Below, one piece after another: positions 53,415 through 64,000 of a DNA stretch of 64,000 bases. The DNA comes from Okamejei kenojei (lineage: Eukaryota), in contig CM069133.1 in NCBI GenBank assembly GCA_035221665.1, positions 44,764,001 through 44,828,000 on the forward strand. Reading direction: 5' to 3'. Below the pieces are notes generated by a model. It made no database searches. It was not told the DNA's origin and worked only from the letters and a program-made list of their open reading frames with translations. Numbering within the stretch: the first letter of the stretch is position 1; the number at the start of each line of letters is the position of its first letter. Both the position numbers and the translations under genes were made by a program.

Positions 53415-53781
53415 TCCCAGCCACCATCCTGAAGCTGTCTGTTGTGAGCGACAATGTAACTGGAGAACACACCCTCGTGTGCTGTGCTGAAGGGAAGCCC
53501 CCTGCAAAACATCACGTGGATCGACCCAGGGAACAGCGCACTGCCCGGGAACAGTAGTGAGATGACAGTCACGCATGATCCAGAGAAACTACTGACTGTG
53601 GGAAAGATGCTTCACCCCAGACTGCCAGGGAAATACACGTGTGTGGCTGTGAATGAGTACCAGAGAGACACGCGTGAGATCCGCCTATTCGAGGATGGAC
53701 TAAGAGCGTTGGCCATTCGAACTGCCATTTATGCGGTCTATTTTCTTATAATTGGCTTCACATTCTGTTGGTTGAAGAGAG
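53415..53781 (+). CDS. C2-set Ig plus transmembrane exon, with a 1-bp insertion as assembled
   Basis: Acceptor ccttctccaag|. PATILKLSV..LVCCAEGKPPA /+1 near 53498-53509/ NITW..GKYTCVAVN..ALAIRTAIYAVYFLIIGFTFCWLKR. Donor G|gtgaac. Resembles Siglec-15 domain 2 (CTAEGEPPP, GRYTCTAAN). Confidence 0.85.
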
Positions 53782-54833
53782 GTGAACGTCGCCATCTCAG
53801 CTCCATTGCTGGTGTCAACAGGAGGGATGCTGCACCTCCACTGGCAGTGGCAGGTTCTGGTGATGTGGATCAGGCAGTGTAACTTCGGAGAGAAACAATG
53901 CTACATTCCCCCAGCTATGACCGTGTGTCTGTGGGGTACATGGAGCTGTCCTCACGTCAGTCCGACTCAGCGGCTCCTCCCTCAGTAGTGTATCCCATAC
54001 ATTTGCAACTGCATTGCTGCTGATTCCTGCATCCGCATAGAACTCAAATTTCACACATGCCTCTTAGCTGTCTTCCTTCATCCTAAACCATGGCTTAATC
54101 TCTACCTTAGCTGACAGAGGCCTTGGCAGCTTTGAATCGTTTTCATGAACTTCTTTGCTAATTCCTTCCCCAAGGCAGAGCAAGAATAGATTTTCCCTGA
54201 TCCTCATTTCCCACCCACTAGTCTCTGCATTCAATGGATCAACCTTTATAGCTTCTGTTACCATCAATGGTGCACGTACACCAACAGACACATCTTCCAG
54301 CTGCCTACACTTTCAGCATCCTGAAGGGTCCATTCCCTTTGCGACTCCATCATCTGCTCTTCCATGCCATTCAACCATTTACTCAGAACAGTGCATGGTG
54401 TAATTTTCCAGGTTAGACTCTGCAATCAACAATATCGGTTTGCTCACTTTCTCTGTCTGTGTCAAGGCTGGTCAGCTGTGTTGTAGATAATCCATCTGCA
54501 TTATGAACTTGTTTTCCTCTCTCTACGGGCACGGCCTGATCTGTGGCCATCTCCTGTAGCTCTGGCTTCCATTTGCAGTTTCTACGTGTTCTCTTTCTAA
54601 ATGCTCAGATAACTTTGTCAATCATTTATTACTATGGAAACCAGACATCTCCCTATAAGACATTCCTTTTTTGCTGTCCCTCTCTCTCTCTATCTCACTC
54701 TTTCTGCACCAACAATCTTTTTTATTGTCTCAGCTGTTCAATCAGAAGCACAAACTCTTTCTCTCTGCAAAGATGCCACCTGACCCGTTGAGTATCCTCT
54801 GCACTCTGGGGAGACATTCCCTTTTCATTGCAG

Positions 54834-54868
54834 ATCACAGGTGTCCCCTGCATTATGGAGCGTTGCCT
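54834..54868 (+). CDS. Probable short cytoplasmic exon (DHRCPLHYGALP)
   Basis: cttttcattgcag| and |gtaagc sites; phase 1 in, phase 0 out. An alternative acceptor at 54841 is possible. Confidence 0.5.
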
Positions 54869-54969
54869 GTAAGCTGAAACCGCATAATATTTTTTTCGCA
54901 CTAATTCTAAGAGTGCAAATTTTATTCTGCATCTCAAATTTTTCACTGGTGATTTGTGAATTCTGCAAG

Positions 54970-55131
54970 GGAGAATTTCCATTACCGGAACATCCGGAAT
55001 ATGGGCTTTACTCAAATTGGACTGGTGGTTGGGTTCAAGGATTGGGCACGTCTTCTAACATGAGACGAGATCTCCTGGTAAAGAGTGATGACTACATTGA
55101 CGAATCTGGTATCCAGTTCACTTGTGTCTGA
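54970..55131 (+). CDS. Probable terminal cytoplasmic exon (GEFPLPEHPEYGLYSNW...DDYIDESGIQFTCV*)
   Basis: ttctgcaag| acceptor after a 101-nt intron; phase 0 is open to TGA at 55129-55131; Tyr motifs present. Confidence 0.45.
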   Translation, partial: GEFPLPEHPEYGLYSNWTGGWVQGLGTSSNMRRDLLVKSDDYIDESGIQFTCV

Positions 55132-56837
55132 AGCCAGTGTGCTAAACTTTAATTAAGGCACAAAGGTGAAATGGCGGTTGGCTAAAATAGTTTCAAAATG
55201 AAAGAAAATGCCGACAGTAATGTTGTGAAGATTATTTATAGAGGATTGGGAGATTGGAAGACAGAAGTAAACATCTTAAAAAATTATGAGGACAGAATTG
55301 ATGGAGAAAATTGGTAAATATAAAAGGGATAAAAGGAGCTTCTGCAAGTATAAAAAAGGAACAGAGTATCCAAAGCAAACAATGGATGAAAGCACCAAAA
55401 GTACAGCAGATACGCTGTCTGACGATACAAAGACAGGTGGCTTAGCAAGTGATGAGGACACAATGGGCCGGCACAGACATATAGATGGTTTAAGTGAGAG
55501 GGGAAAAAAATAGCTGAATTAGTATGATGGGGGGGAAATGTACCCTGTAATGTTACATTAAAACATCCTTACTTTTATACACTCATCTTGTGCAATAAAA
55601 ACCAGCATTCCATTTGTCTTTACAACTGCTTACAATACCTGCACGCAAGTCTCTTGTGTTTCACATGCAACATACCCAATTTTAGGGGAAAATGAAATGG
55701 CAAGTTATTATTTGATTGGTAGGTGAATACAAACCATTTCCTAACTGTCTTCCACATATCTTAACACCATCACCCTCATTCTACGGCCCACTGGTTCCTA
55801 TTAGATTTCATTCCCCCAATATCAGTGCTTGAATTTTGCATACCTACCTCAATGTGGTATTTGATTAAAGATCTTCTGAACTTGCAAACACACTGCACCC
55901 ACACATATTTTCCTACCAATTACATACATAGAAAAAAACTCCCAGCAGGGTTGTCGAACCTTGAATTAAAAAAAATAGCCCCAGTACAGGAAGCATGTGG
56001 AAGCTCTTTGGAGAGGGTGCAGAAAAGGGTTACCAGGATTAGAAAGTATGAGCTATGAGAAGATGTTAGGACATACTTGGATTGTTTTCTCTGGAGAGTT
56101 GGATATTGAGGGAAAATCTGATAGAAGTATAAAAAATTATGAGAGGCAGAGATTAGGTCAACAGTTAAAACCTTTTCCCCAGGTAAAAATGACTAAGACT
56201 AGAGGGTATCGCTTTAATACGAGGGGCAGGTTTTTTTCTACATAGAGTGATGGAGCCTGGAATGCCCTGCCGGGTTTAGTGGAATCAGATACAATAGGCC
56301 ATCCAAGAGGCAATTAGATAGACACGTAGATATGCAGGGAAGGGGGATATGTGGATCACATGCAGACAAAAGAGGTTAGTTTACCTTGCCATCAAATTTG
56401 GTTGGGACATGATGGGCTGAAGAGCTTGTTCCTGTGCTGTACTGTTCCTATCTTCAGTATAATCAAATTAATTTTATCTAATCCCTTAAAACTTTCAAAG
56501 CGTGCTGTTATCACATGTATAGATTCCAGCAAAATACATGCTAATTGTGTGAGGCTAACTGGTGTGTAGTTTGTTTATTTCTCTCAAACACCATTTGTTG
56601 CATTTGGCACTTGCCAACCTTCAGGAAACGTTGCAGAAGATGTGAAATTTGGGGCCATTGCAACCAGTGCATTTTGCGGTGACTGGCAAGTGGCAGTGGC
56701 AAGGGAGACGTGAGTGTGGAGGGATGAGCGCACCTGGGTGCAGGGGCAAAGTGGTCTCTTGTCAAGGCAGAAATGGGAGGTGACATGAAGATAGACCATG
56801 GGTGGGCATCGCGTTGAAGTTGGTGGAAATATCATAG

Positions 56838-57310
56838 ATTATTACCTATACGAGGTAGTTTTACCGGGCAATATTAGTTCGTATTTTGACAGGTCCAAAA
56901 ACGCACAGTTTCCGGCGGGCAATATTACTTGGTATTTTTCTTCTTCCGGGTTTCGCCATTGACTTTACGTTGAAAAACTGCGGTCAATAACAAAGATGAA
57001 ATATTACATCCGGCATACATCCGGGACACGAACCCGGCCAAAGTTCACAGCGAAGAATCAGCTCACGGCATCTAAACAAACATTGGCAGCCTCCAGCAGT
57101 GCGAGATTCGCGTCTCTTGACGACGACGGAATTATTTTAATTTACGTGCGGATAGGTAATAATTATAATATTGACTGTCTTCTTTCGGGAGACACCAGGA
57201 ATATTGCCCGCACTGAAATTCATATTGCCCTCGTCTTCGACTCGGACAATATGATTTCAGTTTGGGCAATATTCCTGGTGTCTCCCTCAAGGCCAGTCAA
57301 TATTATATTA
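56838..57310 (+). mobile_element. Second hairpin-terminated non-autonomous element, inserted in a Penelope remnant
   Basis: ATTATTACCTAT (56838) pairs with ATAGGTAATAAT (57152). Hairpin 57167-57304. Confidence 0.6.
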
Positions 57311-57571
57311 ATGTTCACGTGGATGTGGAGGCTGGTGGGGTAAAAGATAAGGGCCAGTGGAACTCTAAACCTGTTCTGCCTGGGGGAAGGGAAGGGGGGG
57401 AGCTGCACGAATGGAGGAGGACACAGGTGAGGGGCATCATCCACAACTGTAGGGTGTTGAGGAGTGTGGGGGGCAACCGCATTTCCTCTAAAAGGAGGAC
57501 ATCCCAGATCTCCTAAAGTGGAAATCACCCATCTTGAAATCATTCAAGAAGAGGCTTTCCACTCCCGGAGA

Positions 57572-58327
57572 TCACAATCAATCAATCACAATAATACTTT
57601 ATTAGCCAAGTATGTTTTGGCAACATATGAGGAATTTCATTTATGAAGTCAATCATACAAATAAAAAGCAAAGGGACACACAAAATACATTTTAACATAA
57701 ACATCCACCACAGTGACTCCTCCGCATTCCTCACTGTGATGGAAGGCGAAAAAAAGTTAAATCTCTTCCCTTATTTGCTCTCCCGCGGTTCGGGGCCTCG
57801 AGTTCTCCGTTGATGGAATGATCTTGAGTCGTGTAGCTGGCATCATTTGGGGCCCCCGCATCATCAGCTCCTGCGTTGGGGGGATGTCAGTTCCCCCGCG
57901 CCAGTGATCGGACCCCCTCGGGGCTGGTCGAACCTCTGCATCATTGGAGCTCCCGACCCGGCCTCTCCCGAGACTGCAAGCTCGATGGTAAACTCCGCAG
58001 GCCGCGACTGGAGCGATCCCAGGCAAGGGTTCAGCTTCGATGTTAAGTCCACACCCCACAGAGGGGCTCCAAAGTCAGTCTGATGAGTTCTCCAGCTCCA
58101 TTGATGTTAGGCCGCAGAGCGACCGGAGATGCAACCCGGAAAACATCGCATCTCCGGTGAGGTAAGAAACTAAGAGAAAAAGTTTCCCCCTCCCCCCTCC
58201 CCCTCCCCCCACATGAAACAAACCGGGGAAACATTTACACAAAACTTTTAAAACACACTAAAAATGTTAAAAAGGATGGAAGAACGGACAAGACTCTTGG
58301 TGAGGCTGCCAATCATGCACCGCCCCT
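57572..58327 (-). mobile_element. Non-coding retroelement with LINE-type tail (related to 15361-16195)
   Basis: Shared blocks with 15361-16195. Its tail is the reverse complement of 11222-11280-like sequence. Confidence 0.55.
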
Positions 58328-58907
58328 GGTGCAACAGGCAGTATGGGTTTGGGGAATTGTCAGGTTGGTGGTTTTGGTGGAAAGTGATGAGATGCATTAT
58401 GGGATGGGAGACAGAGGTCTGCTGGCTGTTTGTAGTTCACTACATGAGGAGGTGTTCAAAGAGCTGTCCCATGGACACACCAAGGGTGAATGGAATAGAT
58501 CTATCAGATGGTATGTCCAGAACATGGGTAGATCTGATCTACGGTAGAAATGTGTGTGAACAAGTGCTGATGGAACTGTGAACATTTTCACAATTACCCC
58601 CATGCTGCTCAATAAAACTTTGTATCTTCACCTTTTCCCATTCCCACCCCAGCTTCTGCAGACTATTACAGGACGATATTATAGAATATGGTTCACCAAG
58701 AGTATCAGAGAATAAGCGGCAGCCCTTTTGTACCAGGACAGGAAAATAAAATGACTCCTTGACAAATAACAAGAGCAACACAGTAGACTGTAAATCAAAT
58801 GGCAGTAAAGACGAGGAATGGGAGAAGACCAGGCTGGGGACATTAAAAAAAGGAGCACTGTAAACAGAGGTTCAAGGTTCAGCCACTGATTGCGGATGTT
58901 TCTCTCT

Positions 58908-59573
58908 TTTGTTAATTATTTTTATTAGAAGTAAGTACATAATAAAAGAAGAATATACATGTCACATACATTCTTAATATTATTAATATTAACAATTATA
59001 TCTTAATTGTACTATGCATTTTTTTTATTTTTAATACAGGTAGGAATTAATGGAGAAAAAATAAAGTAAAAATAGAAAATCAAAAAGATGAATGAGGTGT
59101 TAAGCAGGTTATACATCATTGGAGATATATCTATGGTTTATTATATGTGATTCTTCACCTATTCTTTCATTCAGGCTTCAGTCAGGTTCTCGCACCGAGC
59201 CATTTTAACCCTTTAAATATTCAATAAATGGAGACCATATCCCTCTGAGATGATCCAGCTTGTCCAGTCGGACAAGTCTTAATCTTTCCAGGTGAAGTGT
59301 CTCCGACATTCCTGTAATCCACATTTTGATTGTGGGGGATGTAAGACCTTTCCAAAATTTTAATATTAATTTTTTCCCAATTATTAAACTGTAATCGATA
59401 AAAATTATTTGATTCGTTGTTATTAATTGATCTGTTTCTAATATTCCTAATATTATTAATTTTGAGTCAGGAACCAAATTCGTATTAACAACATTCGAAA
59501 TTATCTTAAATATTTCTGTCCAAAAGTTAGTAATTTTTTATGTAGTTTGTGAATGAGTGCGTTTTTAAATTAG
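58908..59573 (-). mobile_element. 3' end of L1a (ORF2 C-terminus and 3' UTR)
   Basis: ORF 59205..59477 (IIGKKLILKFWK...WSPFIEYL). Joins 5205 in frame as HLEA|NLKTHSF. TSD at 58893-58907. Confidence 0.9.
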
Positions 59574-60135
59574 TAAGATTAAATGAGAACTTACCAGTTC
59601 GAAGTTTGATTGTTATTTTATGAGGAGTACGATGAGGGATTACGTGAAGAAGCCCTGCCTGGCGCATGATCGGCATTAATTCAAAGCAGCGGCATGAAAA
59701 AAACAGAACCAATATAGCCGGAGTAGTAGTAAGACTGTACATAGATTGAGAAACTACCAGTACGATCATTTATTTTTATGAGGGTTGGAGTGGAGGGCAC
59801 GTAATCCTCAAGTTTTTTCATTATAAAAGAATGAAAATAATGCCCTTTCTATTGAAAGGCAAATTTATCACCAAAATCAATTGATAATATAATTTGATAA
59901 TATAAACAAAGCAACAATTCCAGAGAACCCAACACTGCGTGTCTAAACCTGACACCATGACTGGTTCTTTGTAACTTTAAAATTTATTTTACATCCTCCT
60001 ACGGCCTTTAATCATTGCTCGAGCGGCCCACCCTGTGCCATTCCTTTGAATGTGTCTAACTCCTTAATGGAGTGATTTTCCACATCTCAATGTCTACTTC
60101 ACTGAGTCTTAAACATGTTTTAACTATCTAGAATG
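59574..60135 (-). mobile_element. 3' end of the DIRS element (YR C-terminus and right terminal repeat)
   Basis: Decayed HSTR-like region (HSIK) at ~60060-60135. Terminal repeat inverted relative to 5142-5190. Confidence 0.65.
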
Positions 60136-63100
60136 TAATTAATAATAATAATTATAACTTTATTACGGACTCAAGGTCCAGACAAGGGGCAACATTACAT
60201 TAAAAATGCATTGCATATCAAATATCATAAATATATATAAAATCATGGTAAATCACATAAAAACACCATAACTTAGATATTTTTTAAAAAACCCACAATA
60301 CTTAAGTTAAAAATCCAGAGTAAAAAATGATCAATGTCGTACAACGAGACAACGATACCAGTGTCTCCACAACTGGGATTCGTAGCGTGTAGTGCTAACC
60401 CTTATGTTTGTCAAGGCCACAATAAGCACATTTTTAGAGTAATTTATCCTGCAAATGAATTTATACATGTGGTGTCTTAGGATAGCTTCTAAAGTACTGA
60501 CTCCTGCAGCCACAAACATATTACTGGCACTACACCATCTTGGTTGCCTTAGCAATGTTCTCATGGCATTGTTATAAGCAACATTTAGTCTCTGCATACT
60601 TGCCTTTAAATAGTTCGACCACAGGTGTGCAGAGTAAAGGGGTGTGCAGTATGCTCTAAATAAAGAGATCTTCACCACGTCTGCACGCGCACCAAATTTA
60701 TGCAAGAGGATATTTGCCTGTATATACAGCATACGTCATTGCCTATAAATATCCTCATCATCTGTCATTTGTTCTGTAATAATATGCCCTAGATATTTTA
60801 TCTTATTACAGACACTAAGATTGTTGTCAGACAATTTAAAATCAGGATATTTTAGGCTTTTATTCTCTTTGGTTCTACAGACCATAACAGCACTCTTACT
60901 AGCATTATATTTAATGTCATGTTCAAACCATCACGGAACATGCAGGAAGGAGCTGCTGGAGACCAGCGCTAGATGGACTAAGACGACAAGCTCATCTGCA
61001 TACATAATATGGTTCACTAATATATTACCAATCACGCACCAGTGTTACAGGCTTTCAATTTTTTAGACAGATCATCAATATATAGATTAAAAAGGACTGG
61101 GGACAAAATTCCCTCTTGTCTAACACCATTGCTAACCCCAAATGGGGCTGAGACCCTATTGCCCCATTTTATTTGCATAGTCTGGTGGGCATACCAGTAG
61201 GCCAGTATTCTCACAATGTATTTAGGCACCCCTCTTTGACGCATTTTTACCAAACAGCTCTCTGTGATTAACACGGTGAAAGGCTTTGGAAGCATCAATA
61301 AAGCACATAAGGATTGAAGAGTTTTTGCCTCTATATTTGTTTACAATCTCCTTTTGGGCATATATGCATAAGTCAGTGCCATGTTTAGATTTAAAGCCAA
61401 ACTGGTTATCTGTGGAGTTAACAAACTCATGTATTCTATCCAGCAGAACTCTTTCTAAGACTTTTGACAATATGCTGGCTAAAGCTATGGACCTGTAATT
61501 ATTTAGACTGCCTACTTTACCTGCTTTGTCCTTAATAACCGGCACTAACAGGACAGACAAACATTGAGTCTGGTAACATGCCATGTATCATAAAGCCAGT
61601 AAAACAAATAGCTAGGAGAGGAGCTTTCCTCATACTCGCATACTTAAGATGTTCAACAGAGATATGATCCAAGCCACTTGCTTTGTTGTTGGACAGCTTG
61701 TTCATGGCATGATACACCTCATGTGACCATCGAGTCATTACTCTTAATATTGTCCACCCTATTACAAGTCTCCTTGGACACAATTGAATAAAGTGCTATA
61801 ATGTTGTCGGCATAACTCCGCGATATTAGCCATTCCGGAGATTCCATCTACAGTACATGGTAGAGATGTTTTGCAACTGCTAAGAGCTCTCACTTCTTTC
61901 CAAAAAGCTGTAGCATTGTTACTTAGCAGCTTCTTAGCCATGGAATCAGCCCTCATAGCTTGCTCATTTGTACAGATGAAGCGAACAGCATACTTATACC
62001 TTGCATTAGTGAGCTTCTTGTGCTCAGACACAGGCCCCTGTCTGGGTTACCTGCCATAGCCCATGCTTTGGTGGCTTCACGGGCTTTCAGTATGGATACT
62101 CAGCTACATACTTTTCCAGCCAGGTCTGATGTTATGTGTCTTATTTTTATGCTTGCAGTAGGACTTACTGCCTACATATAAGGCGCTTACTATATCTTTA
62201 TACATGGAGCAGATATCTTCCCTATGCTTCATATCTTTACAGTTAACATTACTACATATTATTGCATCTTTAGGTAGATGAATATTGCTTAAGGATTTAT
62301 TTGTATGGGCATAATAGGCTAGGATGGCGTCCTTTGTAAGCGTTGACCAGTCCAGTTTTTCTGTGTTAAGGCTATTTCTATCTCTGGATACCACAGGTAT
62401 GTGTTCAACATTTATTGTCATAGCAACAGGTATATGATCAGTCATTGTGCCCGTACAGAATGCTCATACACCCAAATGAGGCATGTGCATCAGCTGTACT
62501 AATACAGTGGTCCAGCCATGATGTGGTTGTGCCAGGCCTCACTAATATAAGTATAGCTATCTGTAGGTAAAAGCACTTTGCTTGATAATATTAAATTATT
62601 ATCTTGACAGAACTGAGCCATATGATTGGCAAATAATGAGTTCCTATCTGAGATATCTGCATTCATATCCCCAATGACATATACGGTACATATAATTATT
62701 GTTTTGAATGAAAGAATAGATGAAAGCAGGTCTATTTAAATATTCATCCTCATTCTGATGACATTCATAGGGTGTATATACATTCAGGATAACAAATTCC
62801 TTATTGTTGTGAATAAAGTGTATGGCAATGCACCAATCAACATCAAGCTGAATCAAATTTACTGATGAGTCAAGCTTCTTGTTCCATAGAATGGCCACCC
62901 CACCTGGTATCCTACCTCTGACTATTCCCATGCCAAGGTCAGTTGTAGACTCCCCAACCCCGTGAAAGTTGTCATTGAGAGAATTGAGTTTGTCATAGTC
63001 TTGCTTCGCTAAGAATGTCTCTTGCATACATAGTATGCCACAGTTTCCAGGAGGTTGTCAACAATGAGCGGCGAGAGCTTTATCCCTTGCACTCTGGCCC

Positions 63101-64000
63101 AAATGCAGGCCACGACAATTGTATGATAGTACTCTAATGTTCATTTAGTAAGACTAGTGAGTGCCCCTAGCACCAGCAGGTATACTCATTCGCCCCGCGG
63201 CAGGCGCAGTGCTTGATCCGATTACTCCAACCCTGCGCGGCTCGTAATAGCGCCGTACAAATGCCCCTTCTGGCCAGATCTCCGGATTGTACATTTCGCC
63301 AACCTCATTGCATTCCGCAGATACTTTAAATGAACTGTATCTACTGTGTACATTGTCAATCTTTTGACAGGTAACCTCACGGCCAAGTTTTTCATTAAGA
63401 TAGACAGATAAAGTTCTGACGTCTAGATCTGGTGAAAACGTGGAGGCAAAAACACTCACCAGCTTAGTCTTAATCATTTTGATGTTGCCCGCAGCTCCGG
63501 TACCAATAGTAGGCATAGCATTACTGGATTTCTTTATCTGCCCGGTGGACAATTTTGGCTTACGAACAGTGTTGTCTGGAGCATGTCGTCGACCCTTTTT
63601 CACAACATGACTCCACTTTGGAGAGTCTTGCAACGTTAGACCATTGGGACTATTCTCCACGTTTAATGCAAGGCCCTCGCCACAGCCCTCACTCCAACAA
63701 CTAAGCCAGAGGCTCCTGCCCGTGCAGCTCCCAGTGCTGTCTCTGCCATGCCAATGGTTCATCCAACACCGCCAATGCATCTGGGACCACCGCCCCGAGA
63801 CAGGTCAGTGTTGTGCTCCAATGCACACACTGGAGTAGTGATCAAGGTGCGCTTCCAATGCACCCCACTCAGCGATCAAAATTCCACCGTGATGGCACGA
63901 AAATCTTCGCTTATATCAGCCTGTAGCTGCATGATGTGTTTCATTGAACAGACCTCAGCGTACAGCTTGCTCCATTCTCCCAAGTAGGCTCGAGACATCT
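60136..64000 (-). mobile_element. RTE-X-type LINE: ORF1 3' half, ORF2 (APE-RT, many frameshifts) and 3' tail
   Basis: ORF1 stop at 63154. ORF2 ATG at 63144 (MNIRVLSYNCRGL), QETFL, GGVAILW, NNYRSIAL, DNQFGFK, DASKAF, GVRQEGILSP, YADE. AATAAA plus (ATT)n tail at 60136-60164. Confidence 0.9.

Noticed and set aside
53782-53882. Read-through of ORF 53484..53882 as the cytoplasmic tail
   Set aside because: A phase-1 donor follows KR and compatible downstream exons exist. Intron retention cannot be excluded.

Overview
Eukaryotic, repeat-dense genomic DNA. The HE1-type SINEs, CR1 tails and Penelope-derived palindromes point to a cartilaginous fish, probably a skate or ray (inference). Most of the window is transposon debris: two L1s, DIRS, RTE-X, hAT, Penelope, CR1, Rex/Babar, a HERO-like LINE, a Harbinger MITE and Helentron-like elements, plus a 204-N gap. 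One host gene can be built on the + strand (34666-55131). It is a Siglec-15-like Ig receptor: leader, Arg-bearing V1, one dead V exon, V2, V3, C2+TM with an intramembrane Arg, and two probable tail exons. Two 1-bp indels break it as assembled. The window also appears to be one full turn of a ~63.45-kb tandem unit: bases 1-543 recur at 63455-64000, and one nested L1[DIRS[RTE-X]] insertion is split across the two window ends with its 15-bp target-site duplication at 10694 and 58893. All family assignments come from motif recognition by eye, not database searches.
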